Shown here: positions 9,461 through 18,021 of the stretch, piece after piece | How the letters are laid out: every line of letters begins with the position of its first letter | Position numbering within the stretch: position 1 is the first letter of the stretch | From: Candidatus Gottesmanbacteria bacterium UBA6580 | GTDB lineage: Bacteria > Patescibacteriota > Microgenomatia > UBA10105 > UBA927 | Direction of reading: 5' to 3' | NCBI GenBank assembly: GCA_002433895.1 | Contig: DJJA01000003.1 | Coordinates: 175,788 to 239,787, forward strand | Length of the DNA stretch: 64,000 nucleotides | Position numbers and translations under genes: made by a program | Notes under the pieces: model-generated | Databases searched by the model: none | Told to the model about the DNA's origin: nothing | What the model saw: only the letters and a program-made list of their open reading frames with translations

Positions 9461-9748
9461 TTATTTTTCGGTAAATGATAATCCTTTTTTGTTTAATGCG
9501 TCTTTCAGCATTGTTAATGCCCTTGGTCCAAACCCGTGAAGAGACAATAACTCTTTTTCACTATAGTTTGTAATATCGTGAAGTGTTTTTATACCCGCGT
9601 TATCTATCGCGCGGAATGCGGGCGCACCTATGTTGGGGAATTCATCGCCAAATTTATTAGCCATTGCTTCGTTTGAACACTTTGGGCAGACGGGGCAGGA
9701 GCTGCTTTTCTCAAAAGAGTGACCGTTTTTGCAGATGTTAGTAGTCAT
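9461..9748 (-). CDS. Zinc-ribbon plus RpoA-CTD-like helix-hairpin-helix DNA-binding protein
   Basis: The N-terminus has CxxC...CxxC (CKNGHSFEKSSSCPVCPKC). The C-terminus (LHDITNYSEKELLSLHGFGPRALTMLKDAL) resembles the RNA polymerase alpha CTD HhH. Confidence 0.4.
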   Translation of the reverse strand: MTTNICKNGHSFEKSSSCPVCPKCSNEAMANKFGDEFPNIGAPAFRAIDNAGIKTLHDITNYSEKELLSLHGFGPRALTMLKDALNKKGLSFTEK

Positions 9749-9823
9749 AGATAGAAAATATCGGGAATTTAATGTTCCGGGCTGATAATTTCATCAAAAA
9801 AACGAAGATGTCTGTTTACGGCG

Positions 9824-10324
9824 TTATTCGCCAGCTTTCCGAATTGCTTCGAGGTCAAGCTTTTTCATCGGCATGAAAGCGGCGGTTACCGCCTCCGCTT
9901 TTTGCGGGTCGCGCATCATTTCATCTAATATTCTTGGGGTTACTTGCCATGTGACCCCGTATTTGTCGGTACACCATCCGCATTGCTCAGCTTCAGGAAC
10001 CGCGGAAAGTTTTTCCCAGAAAAAATCAATTTCTTCTTGTGTTTCACACTCAATAATAAATGAAGTTCCGCCATTTAACTTGAATTGGTCAACAGGGCCA
10101 CCATTAAGGAGCATAAAGCTTATCCCGTCTAGCTCGCATTCTACGGTTAAAATAGAACCCGCGGGTCTTCCTGAAACTTCTTCGCTTGCTTTGGGGGATT
10201 TCGTGATATCTCCCATTGATGCACTATGATTGCCGGGGGCGGCGTTGAATGTATCGATGTAGTATTTTGCGGCCTCTTCACCGTTGTTGTTCGCAAACCA
10301 GATGCAGGTAATGAGTTTACTCAT
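9824..10324 (-). CDS. VOC/PhnB-like (3-demethylubiquinone-9 3-methyltransferase-domain) protein
   Basis: MSKLITCIWFANNNGEEAAKYYIDTF... is typical of the PF06983 N-terminus. ORF 9824..10354; the probable start is MSKL at 10324. Confidence 0.6.
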   Translation of the reverse strand: MSKLITCIWFANNNGEEAAKYYIDTFNAAPGNHSASMGDITKSPKASEEVSGRPAGSILTVECELDGISFMLLNGGPVDQFKLNGGTSFIIECETQEEIDFFWEKLSAVPEAEQCGWCTDKYGVTWQVTPRILDEMMRDPQKAEAVTAAFMPMKKLDLEAIRKAGE

Positions 10325-10436
10325 TGTAATTATTCTAACAATTGTAAAAACCATTTTGCAACAGTGTTACTTTTCAGGTGCCAAAAGGGAAATCCGGTTC
10401 ACGGCGCTCTAATTCCCATTGTGGAGAAATATCTGC

Positions 10437-10832
10437 TTACCCTTTTGAAAATCCGAGATCGAGGAGCGTCCGGACCGCTTTTTCCGTGTGTTCAACTCTT
10501 ACCATAACGTAATCTTTTGAGTAGGTGGAAACTATAAGAATATTCATCCCTTCCTTTGCTATTGCCGAGCTGACTGCGGCGAGGAATCCGACAGAATAAA
10601 ACGGAACAGAAACTTTCAGTTCGATCAGGGAGTAGTCGTCTTTGTTTCTTTCAATGACGTCAAGACGGGTAAGATTTTCTTCTTTTGTAACGACGGTAAT
10701 TTCATCGGCATCCTTACTTACCAGAAAATGTTCATTAATCGGGGGTGCGGTACGCACCTTTGTATAAACGAACTTCCCCTCGTGAACAACAAAAGATGAA
10801 CTTTCGATAATCTTTTTTATGTCCTCATTCAT
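10437..10832 (-). CDS. ACT-domain (ACT_7-like) protein
   Basis: 131 aa with a beta-alpha-beta-beta-alpha-beta pattern (ELKVSVPFYSVGFLAAVSSAIAKEGMNILIVSTYSKDYVMV). Confidence 0.5.
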   Translation of the reverse strand: MNEDIKKIIESSSFVVHEGKFVYTKVRTAPPINEHFLVSKDADEITVVTKEENLTRLDVIERNKDDYSLIELKVSVPFYSVGFLAAVSSAIAKEGMNILIVSTYSKDYVMVRVEHTEKAVRTLLDLGFSKG

Positions 10833-10924
10833 GTGGTTATTGTATCAGAAAATTTGACCGTTACCTCCGTGAGTATCGAAAAATGAAGCTCGTTCGAACG
10901 GATCGCTTATTGGGACAATGCCTG

Positions 10925-11611
10925 TTATTTAACGGCATTAATGACCACGTGTGAAGCGATTTTTGCTTCATCGAGCCAATTATTGCCCGACACCAAAGGA
11001 AAGGACATTGAAACGGAAAATCCTATTTTTTCTAACACATTCCGATAGTCATCTTCCATCCAAAAATAATCGTCGATAACAAAGCTCTCTTTTCCTTTCT
11101 TAATTGTGCAAGGCATCTTATCTCCGCTTTTAAGATTGTCATTTTTCGGGTATCCGTAACTTATGTAGTTGCAGCCCATCGCTTGAGAATTGTTTGTGAT
11201 AATAACAAACGACCCGCCCGGCTTAAGAACTCTGTGTACTTCCTGGGAGATTTGCCTCATTTCCTCAATGCTGCCGACCTCTACAAACACATGGGCGGCA
11301 ATTGCTACGTCAAAGGTGTTATCGGGAAAAGGAATCATTTTTTCGATTTTGATAAATTCCAACTTTGGGTTCGAAAGTTTTTTTGCTTGATCAATCATGC
11401 TTTGATTGTGATCAACGCCAACCACCCGAGAAGCCCCCATAGAAAGAAGAAGTTGTGCCGTTCGTCCGGCACCGGATCCAAAATCCAACGCCGTTTTGCC
11501 GCTTAAATCACCAAATATTTTTCTTGCCTCATTGAAACCCGATTCGTAGGTTGTGCCGGTGATACCTAATTTGCTATATGTTTCGGCGTTTTGATCGGAG
11601 TAGGTGTACAT
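10925..11611 (-). CDS. Class I SAM-dependent methyltransferase
   Basis: Motif I ALDFGSGAGRTAQLL, motif post-I VVGVDHNQSM and LKPGGSFVI are present. Confidence 0.75.
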   Translation of the reverse strand: MYTYSDQNAETYSKLGITGTTYESGFNEARKIFGDLSGKTALDFGSGAGRTAQLLLSMGASRVVGVDHNQSMIDQAKKLSNPKLEFIKIEKMIPFPDNTFDVAIAAHVFVEVGSIEEMRQISQEVHRVLKPGGSFVIITNNSQAMGCNYISYGYPKNDNLKSGDKMPCTIKKGKESFVIDDYFWMEDDYRNVLEKIGFSVSMSFPLVSGNNWLDEAKIASHVVINAVK

Positions 11612-11711
11612 GGATGTATTTTAGCAAACGTTTGAGTTCTGTATAGGATGTGGGTTAGCAGGTATTAGCATTGCTCCGGACAATGAATGACCGGTAATTA
11701 GCACGAGCGCG

Positions 11712-12371
11712 CTAATACAGTTGCCTGAGTGTAATAATATCCGGCAAAATTTGCTTTACTCCCAGTTTTTCAGCTTCACGCCTATTGAGGTGCCCGGTAA
11801 GCACAACAATTGGTTCCACCAGCGCGTTTTGTGCCATTTTCGCGTCATTTTCCGCGTCGCCGATATAGATAGTTTCACTTGGAGTACATTGTTGTGTTTT
11901 CATAATCTGTTCGAGCATGTAGGGGTCGGGCTTTGTTTTTTCAGGCGGCACATCATAAGCGGTGACTATCTGCGCAAACACGTCGGGGATATTGAATCGC
12001 GGAAATATTTTCTTTTTGAGCATGTCGGGATGGTTTCCGGTTGCCACCGCAAGGGTATATTTGCTGCTGAGGTAGGTAAGTAACTCATTTGCTCCGGGGA
12101 CCTCACGCAGTTCCCGGACAAATACATCTCCCCAAAATTTTTCTTCAAACAATTTGTTTGCTTGATTGAGCAAATCAGGTCTTTCAAGAAGTAGCTCCCT
12201 TAACTCTTCTTGATACGGTTGACCCCATCGGCGTTGTATCCGTTTATGCAGTTCGTCTTCAGGCAAAACGATATTAAGTGCATTTAGCGTTTCTCTATAG
12301 CACGCGTAATAACCCTCTTTTGAGCCGAGCGTCACCACATCGTCCCAGTCAAAAACAACAAGCTTTTTCAT
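11712..12371 (-). CDS. HAD-family hydrolase
   Basis: The DxD motif (MKKLVVFDWDDVV) and the C-terminal IGDAENDAKMA motif are present. Confidence 0.75.
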   Translation of the reverse strand: MKKLVVFDWDDVVTLGSKEGYYACYRETLNALNIVLPEDELHKRIQRRWGQPYQEELRELLLERPDLLNQANKLFEEKFWGDVFVRELREVPGANELLTYLSSKYTLAVATGNHPDMLKKKIFPRFNIPDVFAQIVTAYDVPPEKTKPDPYMLEQIMKTQQCTPSETIYIGDAENDAKMAQNALVEPIVVLTGHLNRREAEKLGVKQILPDIITLRQLY

Positions 12372-12537
12372 GGAGAGAAGTATATCAGATTTGGATGTTT
12401 TACAAAGGTTACGCGAAATGAACGCTTCAATGTATTTGTCCTATGTAAAAAAGAAGTATTGTTATTTCATGGCCGGGTAGTTTGTCCGATATAAAGGCGA
12501 CTGTTAATTGCTTATTTTAAAATATCCGTATATATGA

Positions 12538-13224
12538 ATGGCGGTTATTAGGAGCTTTATCGGAGCACGTCAAATCCGTATAATGGTACGCATGTCTTTA
12601 CTGCAGGAGTTTGATAAACAAGTCCACAACTTAATTCAAAAGAGTTACCCCAAATTAGCCGGTATATCAGAAACTGAATTTATTAACCTTGTTGCGCCCC
12701 TAAAGACACACGTTGAAAAACTCGATGTACCAGATGGTGATTTTGAAATCGGGTATTTGCCTTTTGTCATTGTGATTAAAAGTGACGTGGTACCCACCGG
12801 TAAAGCAATGGCATTGGTGGAAAAGGATGGTAAAGCCGGAATAACAAAGCTTTTTCCCTACAAGCCAACCGATTTTCAGGTAATACCAGAAGTCGAGCTA
12901 CCCGGCGGCGGCGCTTATTTACTTATAGGAATTGATAGGGGTGGAGATACGATTAATGAGCCGCCCAGCGAAGCCATGAAAAAAATACGGGAAAAAGGCC
13001 GCACGCCCCTTACCATTGATGAGGGGGTAGCAATAATCACGCATTACCCTGAGTTTTTAATGAAGAATAACTGTTTTTCGCTTCTTGCCTCACGGCACGC
13101 AGGTGACCAAAGAGTCCCGGCGATCTGGATTAATGGGGCTAAACACCCTAATCTTGGCTGGTGCTGGAACGGGAATCCTCACACCTGGCTTGGGTCAGCG
13201 TCCTGCGGTAAGCGCACCGCCTGA
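12538..13224 (+). CDS. Hypothetical protein
   Basis: 228-aa ORF with no recognised domain. An alternative start is MSLL at 12592, preceded by TATAAT 7 nt upstream, so it may be leaderless. Confidence 0.4.
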   Translation: MAVIRSFIGARQIRIMVRMSLLQEFDKQVHNLIQKSYPKLAGISETEFINLVAPLKTHVEKLDVPDGDFEIGYLPFVIVIKSDVVPTGKAMALVEKDGKAGITKLFPYKPTDFQVIPEVELPGGGAYLLIGIDRGGDTINEPPSEAMKKIREKGRTPLTIDEGVAIITHYPEFLMKNNCFSLLASRHAGDQRVPAIWINGAKHPNLGWCWNGNPHTWLGSASCGKRTA

Positions 13225-13248
13225 TCAAATCCGGCAACCAAGTACCGG

Positions 13249-14055
13249 TTACCTGGCGACATAGTAGTATTCAAACGGCGTAAGCGAAACATAAAACCAT
13301 AAAGGAATAAATGTGATGGGGAAGCTGTTCACGTAGGAGTTTCTTTGCGATTCATACAAGTACACCGCTTTTATTTTATTGATAACACCACGAAGTCCGA
13401 CCCAAATTTTGATCGTCGGATACACCCTTTTGTTTTTGAAATTTACATCTAACGCCATTTCTTCAGGCAGACTGACCGAGTCTAAGATGCGCCGCGGATA
13501 AGACGCGTACCACAATTGTATTGAAGGAAATTTTTTGGTTATTTCAGTGACCACTTCGGAAGTAACCACGTGATCCGGATGACCGTACAATCCGGCCTGA
13601 TCGTACGTAATGATCAGGTCAGGATTACTGCTGACGATAATTTCCTCTACTTCTTCCGTTAGTTTTTCTCTGTGTGCCGCTACGTCACCATCAGGGTACT
13701 CACGAAGAGCAAGCTTGCTCACACCATACACATCGGCTGCTTTTCGCGCCTCCCCGGACCGTATCTGTTTTAGCTTCTCATCTGTTTTCCCTTCGGGATT
13801 ACCTTTTTCGCCTTGGGTTAAAACAATCCACTGTATTTGAGCCTTTTCTTTGGCGAGGCGGGAGATTAGTCCGCCCGAGGTGAGCGCTTCGTCATCGGCG
13901 TGGGGGAACATTATCAGCACCTTTTGTAGGGAAGATAATTTTTCGTCCGCATAGGTAGGTACCGAAAAATCATTGGCATATATAAAACTACCTATCCACA
14001 ACGCCGCGACTGCCAGGATGAAAGAACTGAAGATGATAATAATGCGTTTTTTCAT
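13249..14055 (-). CDS. PIG-L/LmbE-family N-acetylglucosaminyl deacetylase with N-terminal TM anchor
   Basis: IMFPHADDEALTSGG and ITYDQAGLYGHPDHVVTSE are the LmbE zinc-binding motifs. Confidence 0.75.
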   Translation of the reverse strand: MKKRIIIIFSSFILAVAALWIGSFIYANDFSVPTYADEKLSSLQKVLIMFPHADDEALTSGGLISRLAKEKAQIQWIVLTQGEKGNPEGKTDEKLKQIRSGEARKAADVYGVSKLALREYPDGDVAAHREKLTEEVEEIIVSSNPDLIITYDQAGLYGHPDHVVTSEVVTEITKKFPSIQLWYASYPRRILDSVSLPEEMALDVNFKNKRVYPTIKIWVGLRGVINKIKAVYLYESQRNSYVNSFPITFIPLWFYVSLTPFEYYYVAR

Positions 14056-14123
14056 ACCCTTCCCAGGTAGATTTTATCAGAAGTCCGCTGCGAATCACCG
14101 GGGTCTTGTCTCCAGAAGAATTA

Positions 14124-14163
14124 GAAAAAAACAACGACCCTTTCGGGTCATCACTTTTTGTTG
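14124..14163. terminator. Bidirectional hairpin/T-run at left edge of low-GC island
   Basis: Hairpin GACCCTTTCGGGTC flanked by aaaaaaa on the 5' side and ttttgttg on the 3' side. Confidence 0.4.
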
Positions 14164-14309
14164 CTCCGCTCATCTAGGCTCATTTTACCAGCTATTGTAA
14201 TTAATCCTTTTGAGAATATTGCCTACATGAGAGAGTTAGAACAACGATAGGAGGAAATAAAAAGACATAACAGCTCAATTGTTGCCTCAGTAGGAGTATA
14301 ATTTAGATA

Positions 14310-15155
14310 ATGGTAAATATTAACGCACCAGGAATTGAATTTTTTGAGAGTTTCGCAAACGAGATTGAAAGCAAATTCCAACGCATAAAGACCCTTGTGC
14401 CTCATCGAGTTGCCTCTGGCAATTATCATGAGGAAATAATTAGAACTATATTGAGAAATTTTCTAACCAAGAGATATTCGGTTAAAACGGGTTTTATCTA
14501 TAAATCTAACAGCGAAATCAGCAGACAACTTGATATTCTAATCATTGATGAAGATTCTCCTGCCGCATATCTTTTTCAGGAGGGAGATTTTGCGATAGTA
14601 ATACCTGAAGCAGTCATGGCCGTCCTTGAAGTAAAAACAACGCTAAATGCTCCAGATTTCGATGAGGCTTTAGAAAATATCGCTTCTGCGAAAAAACTGA
14701 TGAGGTTCCCAGCTGCAGCAACGGGAATTATTTTTGGCTACGGTGGCACCTCCCCAACAGATAATAATCTTGATAGATGGTACAAAAGGGCGACCCCATC
14801 ATCTTTTAGTGAGAGTGAGAAAAATTTACTTGGACCAAATGCCGTCATGTTTTTTACTGCCGGCTGCTTGCTTGCTCGATACACAGAAGAAGGCAAATGG
14901 GAAAGTGGGGGCAAGTACTATCACAAGCTATTTAGAGACGATTCAGTTAAAAAATCTCCCAGCGATGTGGCATGGCAACTATCTGTCATACTAGCGATGA
15001 CAATTGCTGCTTGTGAAAATGGAGAGATGAGCAGAACTCATATGTTTCCCGCAGGCTATGCGGACAGGCTTATCCAAAGTGAGGGTGGTATGATTAGCCA
15101 TTCAAGATTTGCATTTGGAGAGGGCCTTTCAAGGAGAGAATATGCCTCTCGCTAG
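14310..15155 (+). CDS. PD-(D/E)xK-like nuclease-fold protein resembling the DUF6602 family
   Basis: The N-terminal third reads GNYHEEIIRTILRNFLTKRYSVKTGFIYKSNSEISRQLDILIIDEDSPAAYLFQEGDFAIVIPEAVMAVLEVK. This gives D...(E/D)...EVK spacing typical of restriction-endonuclease-like folds, and matches the DUF6602 signature as I recall it. TATAAT lies 7 nt upstream of the ATG, suggesting a leaderless transcript. The gene is low GC, about 36%. Confidence 0.45.
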   Translation: MVNINAPGIEFFESFANEIESKFQRIKTLVPHRVASGNYHEEIIRTILRNFLTKRYSVKTGFIYKSNSEISRQLDILIIDEDSPAAYLFQEGDFAIVIPEAVMAVLEVKTTLNAPDFDEALENIASAKKLMRFPAAATGIIFGYGGTSPTDNNLDRWYKRATPSSFSESEKNLLGPNAVMFFTAGCLLARYTEEGKWESGGKYYHKLFRDDSVKKSPSDVAWQLSVILAMTIAACENGEMSRTHMFPAGYADRLIQSEGGMISHSRFAFGEGLSRREYASR

Positions 15156-15439
15156 TTACAGACATCCTTAATAACATTTATTAAGGAAATTATTGTTGCA
15201 ATAGTAGAGATTATTGTAAGCACTAATAACCATTTGTTGGTATTACTAGCTTGCCTTTCTAAACTTACTTGATGCATTGCTAATCGCTTAATCAAATGTT
15301 TAATAATATCCAGGTTCTGTTTTTCACCTGCCGGAGTTTTAGGTATAGTATTGGCCTCTCTAATAGCATCCTTTATAAGCTCATCTGATTTTTTGAATTT
15401 TTCTAGGTAGGCTTCTTTTTCGATGTCTTTTTCGTTCAT
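15152..15439 (-). CDS. Small tail-anchored membrane protein (95 aa)
   Basis: Probable start MNEKDIEKEAY at 15439, 5 nt after the stop of the upstream ORF, with AGGA 14 nt upstream. Helical N-terminus and a single C-terminal TM (WLLVLTIISTIATIISLINVI). Confidence 0.4.
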   Translation of the reverse strand: MNEKDIEKEAYLEKFKKSDELIKDAIREANTIPKTPAGEKQNLDIIKHLIKRLAMHQVSLERQASNTNKWLLVLTIISTIATIISLINVIKDVCN

Positions 15440-15443
15440 ATAA

Positions 15444-15908
15444 TTATTTAATCCTGCAAATGTTGCATAAATATGGAAAAATGTTATCAATAAGTGTTAT
15501 CAAATATATTACTATAAATATCCAAATTACTATAAAAGACGCAATTTTTGTATTAATAAAAGCCTCGTTTTTGATTTTATGTATTAAACCTTCAACAAAG
15601 GGATTAATCTGATTTTTATGCCCATGCTTATCTTCAATTGTTCTTGCTAAATCAGTCCAAAACTTAGTCCACATAAAGCCTCTCTTTGTCATTTGAAGCC
15701 ATAGTAAACACAAAATTATTCCTAAAGGGGGAAGAATTTGTTTAACGAGAATTGGAACATTTGAGTTAGGGTTAAGCGTAAGACCAATTAAGGTCATAAA
15801 TATTGTATTTACAACAAGCATTGCATTGTAGCGCTCCCACTGGATTTGTGACTCAGCAATACGCATATTTATATAAGCTTCGTATTCAGACTTAGAGCTA
15901 TTTTTCAT
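15444..15908 (-). CDS. Small 3-TM membrane protein (154 aa)
   Basis: Start MKNSSKSEYEAY at 15908. Three hydrophobic helices. About 30% GC. No homolog recognised. Confidence 0.4.
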   Translation of the reverse strand: MKNSSKSEYEAYINMRIAESQIQWERYNAMLVVNTIFMTLIGLTLNPNSNVPILVKQILPPLGIILCLLWLQMTKRGFMWTKFWTDLARTIEDKHGHKNQINPFVEGLIHKIKNEAFINTKIASFIVIWIFIVIYLITLIDNIFPYLCNICRIK

Positions 15909-15945
15909 ATCAAAAACCACAAAAAACCTGCATCGGGGCAGGTTA
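15909..15945 (-). terminator. Possible minus-strand intrinsic terminator
   Basis: Hairpin AACCTGC-atcggg-GCAGGTT (15925-15944), followed on the minus strand by the U-run ttttttgtggttttt. This would stop read-through from the hsd/CBASS operon, running antisense across the HTH gene. Confidence 0.3.
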
Positions 15946-16153
15946 TATTAAGGCCAGTTTGCTCCCTAGCCCTAAGACTATTATACTGCCTAATTTTAAA
16001 GCTATTTTAACAGCGATTACTAACTCCGCTTATATGGGTGAGATGCGTGCTAGGTGGAACGAAATTAAAAAGTTACGCCAAGAACCAAAATTAGCACTAC
16101 AAGCTAGTATTTGAGGCTAAAGTTGGACAGATTGGACACATATAAAAAAGGCT

Positions 16154-16573
16154 ATGGCAAAACGAAGTGAAATTAAGGAACAACAGGAAAAGTTTATAGC
16201 TGAATTTAAAAGCCTACGCTCGGCCGGTAACGTGTTGGTTGCCTGTCAAACCCTAGGTTATGCGCGTAGCACTGTGTATCATTGGCGAATAATTGATGAG
16301 GGGTTTGCCCACCTTTGGGATGAAACGGTGCTTGATGGATTTGACATACGTGCCGATGAAGCTGAAAACGCCCTACGGTTAGCAATTACCAAAGACCGTA
16401 ATATCACTGCCATTATTTTTACCCTTAAAAACTTACGGCCAGACAGATATAGGGAAAGGTTTGACGTTGAGTATAAAGGTAAGATTGCAAACGAACTAAA
16501 GCAGAACTTTTTAGCTACTTTAAGTAGATTGGGGAAAAATGCTGATGAACAATTACGAAGGAAAAAAATATAG
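16154..16573 (+). CDS. HTH-domain protein (terminase-small-subunit-like or transposase-like HTH)
   Basis: The N-terminus KEQQEKFIAEFKSLRSAGNVLVACQTLGYARSTVYHWR shows the pattern of phage TerS/HTH_Tnp-type helix-turn-helix. It is the only plus-strand gene in a run of minus-strand genes. AAGG is 4 nt upstream of the ATG. Confidence 0.35.
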   Translation: MAKRSEIKEQQEKFIAEFKSLRSAGNVLVACQTLGYARSTVYHWRIIDEGFAHLWDETVLDGFDIRADEAENALRLAITKDRNITAIIFTLKNLRPDRYRERFDVEYKGKIANELKQNFLATLSRLGKNADEQLRRKKI

Positions 16574-16590
16574 CAACGAATATAGGACCC

Positions 16591-17184
16591 CTATTTTTTA
16601 GTAAACACTAATTTACCCCTTGTTTTCCTGTTTTCATCATTGGAGTAATATCCCTCAAGTTTCTTGTTATTTATTACATCTAAATATGTAAAACCCTCGT
16701 GCATACCACCAGATACTGAGTTAAGTAAGGTTTTTGAGCGAGCCTTACTCCGATAAGCATAAACTAAAAACCATTTACCATTTTCCTTTTGTTTGAGCCT
16801 AGCAAAATAACTTTCAAAGTCTGAACTATTGCCAAAGTCACCTTCAATGTATAAGGTTGAGTAGCTTTGAGTTATTGTAGCGATACCTGAGCCCTTTTTG
16901 CCATTATTAAATGTACTTTCATATTTTATTTGCCAACTACCAGTTAATACTGGGTACTCATAAAAACCGACTAGTTTACACAACAAAAATGCCAACCATT
17001 GTTCTTTCCAAAGCCATTTATCCCAAGCGTAATATAACCCATAAATTATGAAGCTCACAGTTCCAACTGACGCAATGAATGAAGCAATGCCATTTCCTAA
17101 AATCCCCCCTATCCATTTAGCTATAACTTGGATTAACGCAACTAATATTACGATTGAGGTGATGTATTTTTGTTGATCTTTCAT
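16591..17184 (-). CDS. 2-TM plus C-terminal beta-rich domain protein, candidate Cap15-like CBASS effector
   Basis: 197 aa. It has two N-terminal TM helices (ITSIVILVALIQVIAKWIGGILG..., ASVGTVSFIIYGLYYAW) and a roughly 130-aa beta-rich C-terminal domain. It overlaps the upstream nucleotidyltransferase gene by 4 nt. Confidence 0.45.
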   Translation of the reverse strand: MKDQQKYITSIVILVALIQVIAKWIGGILGNGIASFIASVGTVSFIIYGLYYAWDKWLWKEQWLAFLLCKLVGFYEYPVLTGSWQIKYESTFNNGKKGSGIATITQSYSTLYIEGDFGNSSDFESYFARLKQKENGKWFLVYAYRSKARSKTLLNSVSGGMHEGFTYLDVINNKKLEGYYSNDENRKTRGKLVFTKK

Positions 17185-18020
17185 ATATTAAAAAATTGGC
17201 GAAAATAACTGTTTGCTAACGTTTCCGACGTTGCCCTTGCCGCGGCATTTAATTGTGGCAACTTATTGGCAATATGTTGCCTGAAGGCTATAAAACTTTG
17301 AGGAGACCATTCATTTTGTGAAATAACTATTTTATCCCCTGCAACAGTTGTGAATGTTGAAACGAAACTTTGACCAACCATATGGCTAAGTATGTTATTT
17401 AGCGAATACGCTAAGTCATTACCAAATGAATTGTCTGTATAGCTATAAACTAAACACTCAATATAAAAAGATGGGGCAATGTTTTTTAAGTTCCAATTAT
17501 TAACATAATTTTTCAACATTCTTACTAACTTTTTATAATTGTTGTTTGTACGCTGGTTTTTAGCTTGCCCGTTAGCAAGATGGGTCTTGGGATAGTTTCT
17601 TATGCTTTGAGCGATAATCAGTGGTTCCCTGTATTGATTAAGTTGAACAGCTGTGGACCTTATTGCAGGAACGATATCTGCTTGTTTGGTATTAAGGTTT
17701 ACTGTTAAACATTTATGACCAATTGTTACCATCCCCATATAGTTTTGATTTGCTTCCAGTTTATTTTTAATGTCATAAAAAAGGTTGCTCGGCTGACTTG
17801 AGCCTGTTAATAGGCTCATAAGTGGGTTATGAACGGCAACTATGTCAACATCGTTAATATCGGATATCGCTGTATCATTAGCGTAGCTTCCTTGCAAAAA
17901 AGTTTCGTAATTCGGTAAAAGTGCCCTAATGTTGTTGTGAAGGGAAGATATATCGGTCATTGTGGTTTGTGAAACCCCGCTTGAAACCTGACTAATTAAT
18001 CCTTGTGATACGTACGACAT
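17181..18020 (-). CDS. CD-NTase/SMODS-like nucleotidyltransferase (candidate cyclic-oligonucleotide synthase)
   Basis: GS...DxD Pol-beta NTase motif (LQGSYANDTAISDINDVDIVAV). A third acidic residue sits in hDhVPa context (KQADIVPA) about 55 aa later. There is a downstream helical region (YKKLVRMLKNYVNNW). 279 aa. The start lies 1 nt after the hsdS stop. Confidence 0.5.
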   Translation of the reverse strand: MSYVSQGLISQVSSGVSQTTMTDISSLHNNIRALLPNYETFLQGSYANDTAISDINDVDIVAVHNPLMSLLTGSSQPSNLFYDIKNKLEANQNYMGMVTIGHKCLTVNLNTKQADIVPAIRSTAVQLNQYREPLIIAQSIRNYPKTHLANGQAKNQRTNNNYKKLVRMLKNYVNNWNLKNIAPSFYIECLVYSYTDNSFGNDLAYSLNNILSHMVGQSFVSTFTTVAGDKIVISQNEWSPQSFIAFRQHIANKLPQLNAAARATSETLANSYFRQFFNI

Positions 18021-18021
18021 A

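Noticed and set aside
14052-14070. Left attachment-site repeat (cccaggtagatt versus tRNA 3' cccCggtagGatt)
   Set aside because: This is a 12/14 match only and lies inside the PIG-L start region. Serine integrases need only a 2-bp crossover, so it is not convincing enough to call an att site.
16591-17184. The 2-TM protein as a holin or phage lysis gene
   Set aside because: No endolysin or phage structural genes are nearby. The 4-nt overlap with an NTase-fold gene fits a CBASS-type effector better.
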